This document shows positions 48,549-62,510 of a DNA stretch of 64,000 nt, piece after piece; within the stretch, counting starts at the first letter, position 1, and each line of letters opens with the position of its first letter. Source of the DNA: Eledone cirrhosa (Eukaryota); assembly GCA_964016885.1 (NCBI GenBank), contig CAXHJY010000065.1:1-64000 (forward strand), written 5' to 3'. Made by a program: the position numbers and the translations under genes. The notes below the pieces were generated by a model. That model was not told the DNA's origin. It made no database searches and saw only the letters and a program-made list of their open reading frames with translations.

Positions 48549-50619
48549 ACTAGATTGTTAAATACAATTATAGAATTTATATTATATGACTACTAAAATA
48601 TAGTCAAATAAATAACTGATGCACACAAAAATTATCAAGCCCAAATTTATTCAAAATGAAATATACAAGCATACATACTTATTTTCAGAATAATTTTCCA
48701 TTGAGTGTTATGGAAGAAAAATAGCCTTAAGATGGCATCTTACCAATCATAATATAATGAGAAATATCTCCTAGTATTGTTTATTTATTTTTAAAAATAT
48801 CAATTTCAAAAATTGATGCGACTACAAATATTTAATCAAAATCTTGGCATGTAATTATGCAAATCCCAATTAAATATATGTCTAAAATTATCATAAAAAC
48901 AATTGTTAACTTAATTAACTCAGTCTACATTTGTGTAAGGTTGACTACTTCCAGGACACTTCAAATACGTTATAGAATCTATCAAGAACATTATCATCAT
49001 AACCATCATTTGAATTTTTTTTTCATTATGGTAAGACTTGCCTGGGTCTGTGTAATAAATCATATTTGTATTCATCTTATTCCTGCATAATCTTATCTGT
49101 GTGTCTGTTTTGTTCAAATTTAACTATTTCATACAAGTTTGTTTCTCTCCCTCTGTTATATCTATTATTTATCTTTTTGTATCATTGATTTTTCTAGACT
49201 ACCCTATATTAGATATTAACACCACCAATAAAACTATGTTTTGCATAAGCAACTGTCAATATTTCTTGTAGGGAGACAACACAATTTCAGTATTTAGATA
49301 CATTCCTCAATCCTTTTGAATATGAATCTGCATGTCATCTGATGGAGGGTCAATGAAATATGTGCAATTAATATGGTTTTCATGCAGTTTATTTTAAATA
49401 TTTGGGTTTCCTGACATAGATTGAGATTCTATTGCATATTTGTGTATATGTAGGTTTTGCTTGTACTATCCAAACATCATTGACACTGAGCATATTATAA
49501 TTTTATTTCATCATTATCATAGCCACTACACCAAAGGCTGTATCTTTGTATTTGTTCATGCTTCATTCTTAGAAATAACATCTGTTAATTCCCACTAGGT
49601 TTTCCTTTAATTGAAAGTAAGCCTTGTCTTATCAAACAGACTTGTTTATTTCATGGTAACCTGATAAATACATTAAAAGTAAGACTTCTCAATCAACTAA
49701 ATATTCAATATATTTGAATCAGTAAGGAAGCTCTGTGGTAGTTCAGCCTTCTACTAAAAGCAGTTAAAATTCCTTCAAATCACATCCTATAACTTTAAAA
49801 TCAGAAAGACTAAATTTTATTGCATTCTAGGATAAATTGCTGGAATGTCTTGATCAAAGTTTTATACAATCAATGTTGCCTTGGGGCTCAATAACAAAGT
49901 TGACCAAATATTTAACTAAATGTTGAAATAACTTACTGGGTATACTTCTAAACATTTTCTTTTCATATTTTATCTGGGGCCCTTAAGAGCATGGATACTT
50001 AAAGTGATAGAGTACTAGATGACTAATAAGACATTAAGTGATCAGATAATGTCACCTATACTGTCACTTGCCAGAATAAGAAATAATTAATTACCAAATG
50101 ATCCAGTTCAGGAAGCTGCAATTTGGTTGTGTTTGTTTAGCCACAGGTCAGCTTTGATGCAAATAACCAGTTCATAAAACAGGTCCATTCAATAGATCTG
50201 TTTATCCAGTTATTCCATGCTCTTCTGCATAAGAACCATGCTTCATACTCCAGTATGCAGTGTGACATAAACTCATATTATATTCTCTCCATTATCAAGT
50301 CTGTTTATGGAGTTTATGGATACCTGTAAATTCTAATGGTGACATCAGTGAAGGCAAGCTCAATCACAGCACAGCAGTGGCTGTCCAGAGTCTATTAATG
50401 TGGCAGGTATTTTTGTGTGTACTGATTGACCAACCCCAGCCCATCTGAGAAATTAGTAGCTTGAGTGCTGACTTAGTCTATGGCAACCTATCTACATCTA
50501 CTGTAGCAAGGAAAACAGACGTTACTTGATGATGATAATGATGATGATTATGATGAGGATATCTAAACCGAGTGAAAGAAACAGCAATGCTTTAAAAGGA
50601 AGGTGTTGTAATGTTCTGG

Positions 50620-51350
50620 GATCATAACATATTATATGTATCTTGGGGCTTGAACGTGGTGTTTCGGGTTGTAACTAAGGTTTTGTGGGTTGAAGCTTAC
50701 TGTGACAACAAACAGTAACCCTGCCATGTCCTGGTCCAATTACAATATTTTTGTTTTATTGTATAGTTGATCTATAGGTGTGATCGATCCGTGTATAATC
50801 TGTGAGGGTACATAATGGGTTATTGCTTGTTCTTTGTATTATATTCTGGTTTGTTTGGGAAACATTGAGGTTGGTGGGTGTCCAAGCAGGTCTGGTAGAA
50901 TCCTTGATGTTGTGATTCTTTATTTCTCTAGGATAAATGCAGTACCTGTGATTACTCCAGGTGTGTTAGAGTGTTATTTATTCTTCTTTTTCATGTCTTC
51001 CTGGAGTGAATGTTGTAGCACTGTTGTATCTAACTTCTAGTATCTTTGGCTTCTATGTGTGAGGTATGATTATATTGTTGATTATGATGGTTGGTGATAT
51101 ATTATATACTCTGAAAGAATGGATTTGGTAGGGGGTTCATGAAATCTGTTTTTCATTTTAGTCAAGCATCTATGGGACTAATATAGGTTTAGAGTTGATG
51201 TGTAACTGTACTGAGAGAATAATGGGAGAATATGAGTGTGAAATGCTTGCCATATAAAAAGTGCTTGGAGATTGTACACGTATAGATTGAAAAGTGTGAT
51301 CAAGAGGACAGTCTAATTAGAGAGATGTGATTGGTTTTTGCTAGTAGGTC
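50620..51350 (-). pseudogene. Degenerate Jockey/I-group LINE RT C-terminal fragment
   Basis: The minus strand gives PTIIINNIIIPHT*KPKILEVRYNSATTFTP, resembling the K.LGV.FD...F end of RT. Confidence 0.4.
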
Positions 51351-51509
51351 GTGTGACCACATATAATTCACTGTCACCTTATCTAAGGAGTGATCTCTCT
51401 CTCTCATTTGCTTAATACCTCAGAAATTGAAAATAAGCTCTAGACTCATGGACTGTGTATTTCTCACCTTTATACACAAATACATAATTATCATTCAGTC
51501 ACCAATAAA

Positions 51510-51559
<50 letters not shown>

Positions 51560-51599
51560 TAATAATAAAAACAACAACAACAACAACAACAACAGCAAC

Positions 51600-52700
51600 A
51601 ATAATTATTTATTTATTCATTGGTTACTCAGATCAAAAACATTGCGGACAATAAAATAAAGAGGGATATCAAGAATTTGCATATGGATGTGTAAAGAGAG
51701 AATGAAAACAGAAAATAAATAAGAATGCAATAACAAAAGGATTTCTCAATAGAGAGGACCAACATCCAAAAGTAATTAAGAAATTCCACAGATCTGAGAT
51801 CACCCTTGATCATCAAGGGAACCATAAGCAAACACATCACTTCCCTATATTTATTTCAGCCTACAAGCACTAGCTTACAGTAGGCTCATTCACTCAGGCT
51901 ATTCACACTATATTCACCCACCTTTTAACAAATATATTGGTGAGAATCTCTTCCCTCCACCCTCAACTTCATTTCTAAGATGAACTTAAAAGGTTAATGA
52001 CAGCTTGGCTGAAGAGGTATGTGTCTGTTTTTAGCTCTTTCTGCGTTGTCCACCACACAACCTCTTTTGCTAAAACTACTAGAAAGCAGAGATCTGGTTG
52101 TGCCTCATGGCCAAAAGAAAATTGTGCAGTGGTCATGATGATGGGGATTAGCCAATAGCTGGATCCAACCAACATGTGACAAAAGTTGTTCAACAAAAGT
52201 TCACAAGTCAGCAATACATGGACACTTGACAAATGTGTGCAGACTGGGTTCATCAAATGGCATGCATCTCAAATAAGCCTGTATCGCAGCACTTCTGTGC
52301 TTGTAGAAACTAGCATTGTCACTTGGTAGCACTCCCAGTCCAGATATTTCTGTAAATTGTTCTAGTCTCTAGGCCAAATGTCCTCCAGAACAAACTAATC
52401 AGCTCATTCTGATCAACACCTAGATTTTCTTCAAGAATATTGTTGTAATTGACCATTACTAGTCCTCTTCGTAATGCTATTATGGAATTTCCACTGACCA
52501 CATTGCCAAACTGGTAAAGTGCTCTGAATGTTTAACAACATTCCAGATGCCAGGTGCTCTGTCTTAATCATTGCTTGATGCAAGAGTGCAGAAAATAGAA
52601 ACAACTATGATAGGTGGCCATTTCGTCTGACCACTGAGCACATGCTACTGTGAATTGAAAGGATCTAGCCTCTGGCAATAGGATCAAAACTGGCTACCTA
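51600..52700 (-). pseudogene. Tx1/L1-type LINE 3' fragment next to (TAA)n/(CAA)n
   Basis: LAKEVVWWTTQKELKTDTYLFSQAVINL is homologous to the 40442-40756 ORF, with a similar AATGAATAAA + ATT-type end. Confidence 0.6.
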
Positions 52701-52844
52701 AATGATAGCTTCCAAGTATCAATGATTAACCCTATCAAAAGCTTTCAATAAATCCAAATTGATCAGAGCCACACCTAATCTTGATTTACTTCCTAACCTC
52801 TCTATGATGTACCACATGAGGTAGAAAGATTTCACACCTCTACA

Positions 52845-53640
52845 CCAGCAATGCTGCATGGTAGTGAGACCTGGGCATTGTGTGCAGAGGATATACGCAG
52901 ACTAGAGAGGAACGAAGCTTGCATGCTCCGCTGGATGTGCAATAGTAATATACGTGAACGGCTAAGTATAAACGAACTAAGGAAAAAATTAGAAATAAGA
53001 GGGATCAGATGTTGTTTACTCGAGAGAAGGCTACGTTGGTATGGTCACGCATGAAAGACGACAGCTGTATAACAAAGTGCAGGGCAATAAAGATAGACGG
53101 TAGCCACGGAGTAGCAGACCCAGAAAAGCCTGGGACGACATGATAAATTCCGACCTCACACGCTTACACCTCTCCAAGACAATGTCACTGGACCGAGACC
53201 TTTGGCAGTACTCAGTAATAGAGAAGGCCCACCTTACCTAAATACAAAGTAAAACCTACTACAGTCAGTAGGCATCTCTATCAAAACACACCCCCGTCCC
53301 ACCACCCCCACCCCATCCACACCGCCCCTTTCAATGTAAAGTTATGTTGGTGCCACAACATCCAGGCCGAAACAAATGAGATCGTGTAGGTGTCACGACA
53401 AAAAACACACAGTCCACGCTGTAATGTGGCCGTGTAGGCAACACGGTAAAAACCTCCCAGCCCCACACTGTAAATGTGGTTGGTGTTAGGAAGGGCATCC
53501 AGCTGTAGAAAACCCACCAGACAGTCCTATGCGAGCAAGACAATCACTCTTGCCTCAAGTGGGAAAACCCCCGTCCAAACCCATGCAAGCGTGGAACACG
53601 GACGTTAAACGTTGATGATGATGATGATGATGATGATGAC
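52845..53640 (+). mobile_element. RTE LINE copy G, 3' fragment with long 3' UTR and (GAT)n
   Basis: MLHGSETWALCAEDIRRLERNEACMLRWMC... is closely similar to copy A; ends GGACGTTAAAC(GAT)n. Confidence 0.92.
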
Positions 53641-54908
53641 ACCTTCCAGACCACACTTTCAATGACAAGCATCAACCTCCTTACTTGGCACCTTAGCAAA
53701 AAACTTAAAATATGAGCTTAGCAGAGTTATTGGTTGAAAGTTATTAATTATGTCCCTATTGTTCATATTTTTCCTATCATTGCTACTATCATTTCTGCTG
53801 GAAAGATGCACACATCTGCTTGGAATTGAGAAGCCAAAGACCAGATTGTGGCTAAGCTGCCATGCTGCATCTCTGCACTTGGACACATCAAACAGCTTTT
53901 GTTCCCTCATGCCCACATAAAGTGCTTTAGCACTGACAATGCAACCTTCTGAGGGGAATGAGACGAAAGAGGAAGAATAGGTGGAAGGGAGAGGAGCAGG
54001 AAGAGGTTCTGGAGGGGGGGGGAGAAGAAGAAGAAGAAGAACCATCCATTATCAATCTCAATGCTCTCTAAACTAAAGATCAATAAATATAAAATCATTT
54101 ACTTTGCCTTTCATTCAGTATTTTCCCTCACAGCTGCAGAGCCAAAATTACAACAGAGATTAACTTTTAATCTTATGTTAATTAGATTATTTTATAATTA
54201 GTTATTCCTCATTCACTGCCTGTTTAATTTACATTGCTGTATATTAATAATTTTTATTTAATATATTTCCACAAATCCTTTCTGGTCTGGTATGAAAATT
54301 CAAGCTTGTTATTGACAACTCAAAAATCAGGGAAAATTTAGAATTCAGAATTAAGTGGAAGAGAATTTTAATCTATTTAGTAAAAGATATTTTACTGTTT
54401 CATCTCTACTTAATATTTTGCAGGATAATCTTAACCTTTTGAGAATAAGCAACTAAATTATCTGCCACAATATAGTGCCAAGCACAAACTTGCTATCTTG
54501 ATGGCCACTCCCATGATATATTGCTCTCCCACTGTAGGATGCCCCACCCCACCTTAGCAAGCCTGGCGCTTACACTCTTCATTGCCTCCCCTGATAAGCC
54601 AAGGACACAATGAGCATCCAAATGACATAATGATGTAGGATAGCACTGGTGTCAAGATAAAACATCTCCAAACCACATTGTAAGATGGCCATGCTAATGC
54701 CACAACAAATAGCAACTAGTCCACCCTCTAAGATGTTCAAACTAGTGCTACAACAAAAAAAGTGCCCATTCTTTCCTGTAAGGGCCACTAGCACCATAAC
54801 AAAAACACTCAGCTCACCATGGAAAATATGAGCAAGACGTGATCACCTGATCTGTCTGGTCTCATAACATGACAGTCCATCTAACTCATGTAAGCATGGA
54901 AAATCAAC

Positions 54909-55087
54909 AATAATTGTTTCTACTTTTGGCACAAGGCCAGCAATTACCCCAGTGCATTACTGGTATTTTATTTCATTGACCCCGTAAAGATGAAAGGCAA
55001 AGTTAACCTTTGAACTCAGATCATAAAACCCCATAACTCTGCAAAACATGGTGTCTGATGCTCTACCAATACTGCCAATCCACTGCC
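54909..55087 (-). mobile_element. tRNA-derived SINE (same family as 38521-38708)
   Basis: Colinear with the 38521 copy, including the A-box TGGCAGTATTGG and GAGTTCAAA. Confidence 0.8.
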
Positions 55088-58000
55088 CTTGGTGATGATA
55101 ATAATGATGATTTTGTAGTGTCCACAATATGAGCAGCCAATCTATTGGCCACTAAGTTTCCTAGTTTATAAAGAAATTGCTGCAACAATGGCTTGTATAG
55201 TCATGTTAAGAATGTGTGTTTTGTGTTTGTGCATGTGTGTGTATGCGTTTTTAATCCTTGTTTAATAACTCAATTGAAACAGTGGGGAAATAACCAGGAG
55301 CTTGGTATTAAAACAATGAAGATTTCTCACATTTCAACAAAACCCTAAAGTTGAAAGCTATAGAGAACTGAATCAACCCCTAAAATATGCTTAATATTTA
55401 GTTTATTTATTTATGAAAAATTATGTTTAAAGTTGCCTCTCAACCAAGATATGAAATTAGAGTAGTGAGGTAAGAAATTAATAGCTTGTATGCATTTAGC
55501 ATGGTGCTTAACTATTCTTGCTAAACTCTTGCTTTTCTTCACATTAATATCTAAAAATCTAAGACAGCAAGTTGGCTCAGTCATGAGTACTTTGAATAGA
55601 ACGCTTTGCAATATTCTTTCAAGCTCTTTGTACTATGTGTTAATTATACTGATGTCAACTTTGCCTGTTGTCACTTTCAGGTGTTGATGTTAAATAGAGA
55701 ACTGTACTGGTGTTGATTCTTCTTTCTATTTTGCATCCTCTTCCTCTCTGGATTGCATCTGTAATACAAAGTCTAGACTTGTCACATTGTCTCAAACACT
55801 TTTGGAGTGAGAATTGTATTCCACTTATAGAATATCCAGCTGCTCACATTTTAATTTGATGGATAGAAATTTCTGAATGTTCATTATCAAAACTGACAGA
55901 AAATTCACCACCACCACTAAAACTACCCCAACATAACCACCAAAACCATTACTGCCAACATAACCACCAAAACCATTACTGCCATCATAACCACCAAAAC
56001 CACCATGGCAATCAGCACCACTACTAACACCACTATCACCACCACCAAGATGATATTAAATGGAAAAACAATTTTATTCTGTTTACAGAACAAATGAATT
56101 TTTAGATAAATCAATATTAAATAAATAATTTCATTTGAATTGTGATATATTTCATTTCCACTATTTAAAATATGTATTTAGATTTTTTTTAATGTATTTT
56201 ACATATTTAAATGAATTTCATAAATCTCAAATTTATCACTGGTTTTACGACTCACTGAAAGGAATCATAAACAACCAATAAAAGCATATCTATAAGTAAC
56301 TGTTTTTACATGCTGTCAATGTTCATTCTAAATTATTGAATACATATTAAGTTATTCTTATAACTGATTGAATAAGGAAACAAATTTCAAATAAATCCAA
56401 AATTCAAAATATTTGATTTAGTTTGAATGAAAGTGTTCCTTCTACACTTTGTTGTGAGATCACTATGGTATAAGCTAACTTCAGATTTTTGGATGTACTT
56501 CCTCTCCAATAGTAGGCTACCTTTCACTCTGGTAAGCAGTATACAGCCTGTACTCCTCTCACTCTTTTTTCCTTGTCATTATCTCCTCCCTTAACATTCT
56601 TTATTAAAATTGTTGCTATTTCTTTTATTTTCTCCTTACAATGACCATTGTCTTGTTTGACTAACAGTATTTCTAACCTCTGACATTTCCTTTTAATTAT
56701 CCTCTAAAATAAGTTGAATCTTCTTCTCTTATCAATAGTTCAGCCTAAAGCCTTTGATTTCTCTTCTACCTTACAACATAAAATGTATTCTACTGTTTGA
56801 AATAATTCTTTATCTATTCAGTTTGTCTTAGCTACAGACTCAGAAAACATTGGCAAAGATAATAATTGTTATTAAATACTCATAATAAGTAGTTAATTGA
56901 TAAAATCTTTAAAGTTTTATGTAAAATATTTTATTATATTTATTCTAGCTCTCTCTGCTTTAAGTTCAAATTTTGCCCAGTTCAGTTATGCTTTTTCATT
57001 CTTTCATTTTTGATGAAATAAAGTATATGTTTAGGGCAGTAGACTGGTAAAAATGGTAGAGCACTGGGTAGGATAGACTGTGGTATTTCCTTTAGCTTTT
57101 TTAAATATCATGATATTGTCAATGAATGCTTTCTGGTCAGGTCTCTGGCTTGAGGATAACTTACACTTTTCCTCTCATTAGTCTTGGAAAACCTGAAAAT
57201 AAATGTTCATGGGTATTGTCTCTTACTGGCTCTAGCCTTATTGTATAAGTGTTAGTTGTGTTTTTTGGGAAATAAAATAATTGATGTGAAAAGATATTGA
57301 ACTACAAACTGAATTTTGTTGATTCCAAATCTACTGTTGCTTTCTATGCAAATCTATGTACTTAGGAGATGGTATAAACTTATTTGAGCATGTTTTAGGA
57401 AAAAATACAGAATATCTGGCCATCCTTCATTTTCTTCAGATTTAGTATGCTTACATTACATTTTCCAATGCCTTTTCTAGGGTTTTGTAAGAGGGATATT
57501 TTGCTGCCATATATAGCAGATTAAGTGACAACATAAAGGCAATTTTTGAACTTAAATTAAATGTTCGATACAGCAATTATAGCATCTATAGATCTTTGAG
57601 ACTGAATTTAATATTCTACAAAGTTTAATATTTGACACACAGAAGTCTATTTATATTTGTTCATTATTAGAAGGATTGTCTGTAAAGAGGTTTGAACTTG
57701 AAAAATATAAGATGTGATTTTGGCATTGCTGGAAATAGCATTTAATTACATTTCATTGTTGTTACTAAGATGCTTCATTTTGCATTGTCAAAGACGTTGT
57801 TTAGACAAAGAAGGATATGAAAGAGAAGATGTAAGAGAACAAGAAAACCCAACAGTCACAATGACAAAAATAGCAGCAAACAATTTCTTCAATTAAAATA
57901 TTATAATGAAATCAATAATAGCCTTAATCTATAAATTTATAGTATAGAGAATCCAAGTCCTCTGTGAAATTTTAAAGTCTTAATCTGACAAAATTCAGAA

Positions 58001-58187
58001 TATTGTATAGACAATTGATTGTACCAAATTTTTCCCCAGGTGATAGATTGACATTTGGCAAGATATAAGAAAGAAGCAGAATTCAAACAAAGTTTCAAAT
58101 AATAATGATAATGATGTTAAAGATAATAATAATAATAAAAATAATAATAATAAAAATAATAATAATAAAATTAATAATAATAATAAA

Positions 58188-58550
58188 AGATTGTGCTTGA
58201 TTATAGATGTAGCTTGGCCATTCGAGACAAGAGTACAGGAAAAGGAGAGAGAAAAAACAGTACCCAGACATGAAGTGGGAACTGAAAAGGATTTGGAACT
58301 ATCATGATATCAAGGTCATCTCCGTCATCATGGGAGCACTGGGTACTATCTCAGAGAGATTCAAAGGCAGGCTAAAAACCATCAACCCACCCCCTGTTTT
58401 GGAACAATTTCAAAATGCATGCCAACTTGGAATGGCAAGGACTCTCCAATACGCCCTGAATATTTGAGGCTATGGGTAGCAGCTTGATATTCATTAGGGC
58501 AATTATTCTGGTTGAATAACATCAATGACTGAGACATCAAGTAAAATAAT
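58188..58550 (+). pseudogene. R4/Dong-clade LINE 3' fragment (restriction-like endonuclease) in a (TAA)n tract
   Basis: CLIIDVAWPFETRVQEKEREK / YPDMKWELKRIWN...VISVIMGALGTI...QNACQLGMARTLQYALNI* is typical of an RLE C-terminus. Flanked by TAA repeats, the known Dong target. Confidence 0.8.
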
Positions 58551-59493
58551 ATAATGATTTCTTTATTAACTGCAAAGGTTTTACGAAAATTACATTAAGG
58601 ACAGTACAGGAAGGTACACATATGCGTTTCTGTGTGTAAAAAAAGGGAAACAAAAAAAAAGATGTAACAAAAATTTGAAAGAAATAAAAAATTCCAAATG
58701 AGGGGAAGACCACCATGGGTTACTCATTGAGAAAGCCAACAAAAGCCACAGTCACCCTGACAACTAGAGCAAGTACCCTCTCGCAGTCTTGTGCCTCCAA
58801 TCTACAGGCGCATACTCAGAGCAGGCCCATTCACTTGGTCTATGCTCATGTCTCTCACTCATCTTTCAACAAAAGACTATCTTCCTTTTGATCATACGTG
58901 TGTATGTGTGTGTGTGTCCATGTTTGTGTCGGTATGTATTTCTGCATTCACCTGACCCAACTTGCCTCTAATAGAATAACCTGTCTAACCCATGCTAGCA
59001 TGGAAAATGGATGTTAAACGATGATGATGGTAATGATAATGTGTGTATGTGCATGTGTTTGTGCATGTGTTTATGTGTGTGTGTATGTGTGTTTATGTGT
59101 GTGTGCATGCATAGATGCATGTGGATATATCAGTAAGAGTAGATAGATTTTTAGGAATTATTTGTATTATAGGAAATTTCTAAGTGTTAAATTTGTAGAA
59201 ATAATATTCAGAGATGGCAAAACACTTTTAAAAGATAATGTGAAAATGTAAATCAGTTTCTGTGATGAAATTGAAAAAAAAAGAAAGAAATCAGTTAAAT
59301 ATTAGAATATCAGAATATCATAAAAAGTATGATATATATATATGTATATATATATATTGACGTATATATATATATATATCGACGTACATACATACATATA
59401 TGTATATATACTTACATACACACACATATATATATATATACACACATATATACCCATGCTAGCGTGGAAGATAGACGTTAAACAATGATGATG

Positions 59494-59503
59494 ATATATA
59501 TAC

Positions 59504-59534
<31 letters not shown>

Positions 59535-59553
59535 TATATACACACACATATAT

Positions 59554-59584
<31 letters not shown>

Positions 59585-59623
59585 TATATACACACACACA
59601 CACACATATACACACACATATAT

Positions 59624-59654
<31 letters not shown>

Positions 59655-59763
59655 TATATACACACACACACATATACACACACATATATACACACACACA
59701 CATATACACACACATATATACACACACACATATACACACACACACATATACACACACATATAT

Positions 59764-59837
<74 letters not shown>
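59494..59837. repeat. Compound (CA)n/(TA)n microsatellite-minisatellite
   Basis: Repeating CACACACATATA(TA) units ending in a long (TA)n tract. Confidence 0.95.
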
Positions 59838-59840
<3 letters not shown>

Positions 59841-60532
59841 GAGAGAGAGAGAAAAGAGTGATAGAGAGAAATATCCCATAGGATATATTGTGTGAAATAT
59901 ATTCCCAACTAGTGATTGCTATGTTACATTGTAAACATAGTAATTTTGAGGAGATAAATAAATAAAATATCTATGTAAGTATATGATTTTATACCGATAT
60001 GAATTTGATTGTTTTATTACTATTTTTTTCTCCATAAAGATATTCTTTAAAAGGGAAAGATATACATTAGGAAATATTTATTATTCAATATAACCATCTA
60101 GAGGATTGAAACACGAAGACAAAGTAAATAGCTGTATCAATGTGTATTGCGTTTTTGAACAGAGACATTCCCATTAGCTGAATAATACAAATCAGTGAAG
60201 GTTATCGTAGCAATAGAGTTCTAATAACTAATTTTACATTTAGTTTAAAACAGTATTGGTAGACCATTAAAAATACGATTATATATCAGTGTATAGTATA
60301 AGATGAACTTTTAATCTTCGGTATTTAACCCTGATCTGTAACTCTCAATGTAGTCACAGGGGCATTGTAGAGATATACAGAGTGTCTTGGCATTTTAAAC
60401 CTGGTAAAACCCATCTCTCTCTAGGTCTAAATACAGACAATTTCCTCCAAAGAAGAAGAAAGAGAGAGTGATAGAGAGGAAGTTAGAAAGAGATATATAG
60501 GAAAAACTGACCCAGTACTTGACTGGTACATC

Positions 60533-61228
60533 TGTAGTGGATAAATGTATTCCTTTCGTGATGAATGATAAAAAGATTAATGCCAGAATTGTGATGTTAA
60601 CAATGTTTATTTTACAATAACAATATTCACTTGTTGGTACATTGAGCATCGAGTAATAAACTTGTGGCAGCAATTATCACTACATTATTTGCTGACTAGC
60701 TACTTTGAGCTAGTGTGTATACAACGATATAATAGATGTGAAATAACAGGAAGACCAAAGATTAGTGAAAAACAAGTAAAACTACTGCTTGTATGTTTGT
60801 CTATCCTGTAGTTGGTCGATTTTGCCGAGCCGGAATGAAATCTGAGAACCTTAGGCCAGGAGAGAGAAAGAGTAAAAGGTCTGCTGAGAGCCAGTAAGGC
60901 CAGGGGAGAGAGATAGGGTAAAAGTGAATTGGCTACATCGTAATCTCTCACGGACTGCTGCTTCGGTCTGGCTGATGGGTTCCCCCAAGTCCTTGTATTT
61001 ATAATAATGCTATAGCTAGAAGGATGTGTATATGTGGTTGATTTATGATCATCCATGAGGATATCGTCTCTCAGGAAGCTGGGATCACAGGTCAAGTGTT
61101 ATGTATGTTTATCATCCTGGTCTCTTGACAAGACAATGGTGGGAACCTCCCAACAATAGGTGGTTCTAGAGGCAAGAAACCTCAGATTCGGTTTCGAATC
61201 TTCGCCAGTAAAACATAGGAATATTCCA
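60533..61228 (-). mobile_element. LTR-like ~696-bp insertion splitting a SINE
   Basis: TG...CA ends; minus-strand TATAAATA (~61000) and AATAAA (~60608). SINE halves GTCGATAAAA (61229 onward) and GTACCAGTCAAGTACTGGG (to 60529) flank it. No matching TSD is visible. Confidence 0.4.
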
Positions 61229-61786
61229 TTTTATCGACCTCAAATGGTTGAAAGGCAAAAATGTCACTGGTGAGATTTGAAATCAGCTTGCAAAGAGCCA
61301 AAATGAATATTGGAAGGCATTCTATTCAATTTTCTAATAACTCTGCAAGTTCGGACATTTTCGTATTTAGTTATGTCACTTGTGTTTCGTGCCGGATTGA
61401 CCATTGTGCTTAGGTATGCCAGGGAACCCATCTTCCTGCCAAAAAACGTTTTTAACCTCATAACTTAATTATCTTCATATCATAACTAAGCCCTCACAAC
61501 TTAACTAGCACAGGGCCTCATTTGTCCTAAATTTCATCTTCTTCAGTCAGTTCCATAATTCCTATTGAGCCAATTCTCTGACCTTGAGCCAATCCTCTGT
61601 GAAACGTGCATAACAGTTCAATACACTATAAATATCTTTTACAATACACTATAAATATCTTTTACATGTAAACATAACTTCCTCATTTATTTCTAATATA
61701 TACACTCTGCCTGTGTATAGATTGCTTGCTTTAGTACCAACACCAGTAATTCACTGAACCACCAACGCTTTATATATATATATAAT

Positions 61787-62066
61787 TTTACGTCCGCTTT
61801 TCCCTACTTGCAAGGGTGGGACAGGAACTGATTCTGGCTCGATTTCTACAGCTGGATGCCCTTCCTAACACCAACCTCATTTACATGAATGCTGAGTGCT
61901 TTTTTTCCGTGGCACCTACACATCCACTTTACAGTGTGAGCTGGGTGCTTTTTTGCCGTGGCACCTCCACGACCACTTTTCAGTGGAATGATAGGGACTG
62001 GGCCATTTCTACAGCTGAGTAAACTGGAGCAATGTGAAATAAAGTGTCTTGCTCAAGGACACAACA

Positions 62067-62070
<4 letters not shown>
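61787..62070 (-). mobile_element. 5'-truncated composite CORE-like SINE with RTE tail
   Basis: Reverse complement of 47200-47465-like sequence. Ends CCCACCCTTGCAAGTAGGGAAAAGCGGACGTAAAA, the copy-B-type tail. Confidence 0.8.
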
Positions 62071-62108
<38 letters not shown>

Positions 62109-62269
62109 AGTTGTAGGTCTAGGTATTAATATACATTAATAGAAAGAGAGTGAGATGGAGAGATTTGATGAATGATATCTTTTGATACAGTGGATGTAAT
62201 TTTCATAAATATTCATTAAAATTATTTTAATTAGTTTCATTAAATAAATATTGTGTTTGTATATTTTAT

Positions 62270-62510
62270 CAATTGTTGTTGTAGCATTGCTAAACACTGT
62301 TTTAAACATATAGGTATTATAGGTACTCCAGTTTTTTAAATTTATTCTGGTTCTTTACATTCTGAGTTCAAATCCTGCCAAGTTCCACTTTGATTTTCAT
62401 CCTTCTGAGTTCGATTAAATAAAGTACTATTCATGTAAAGGTGTCTGTATAATCAATTTTCTCCTCTCTCCAAAATTGCTAGCCTTGTGGTAAAATTAGA
62501 AACCATTATA
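62270..62510 (+). mobile_element. Degenerate tRNA-SINE (Nin/Deu-like domain family)
   Basis: TCTGAGTTCAAATCCTGCCAAG...TTTCATCCTTCTGAGTTCGATTAAATAAAGTAC...AAATTGCTAGCCTTGTG. Confidence 0.65.

Noticed and set aside
55411-55910. Coding-looking minus-strand stretch (QSVLFKVLMTEPTCC...)
   Set aside because: No recognisable motif, and stops upstream; it may be an old transposon relic but cannot be assigned.
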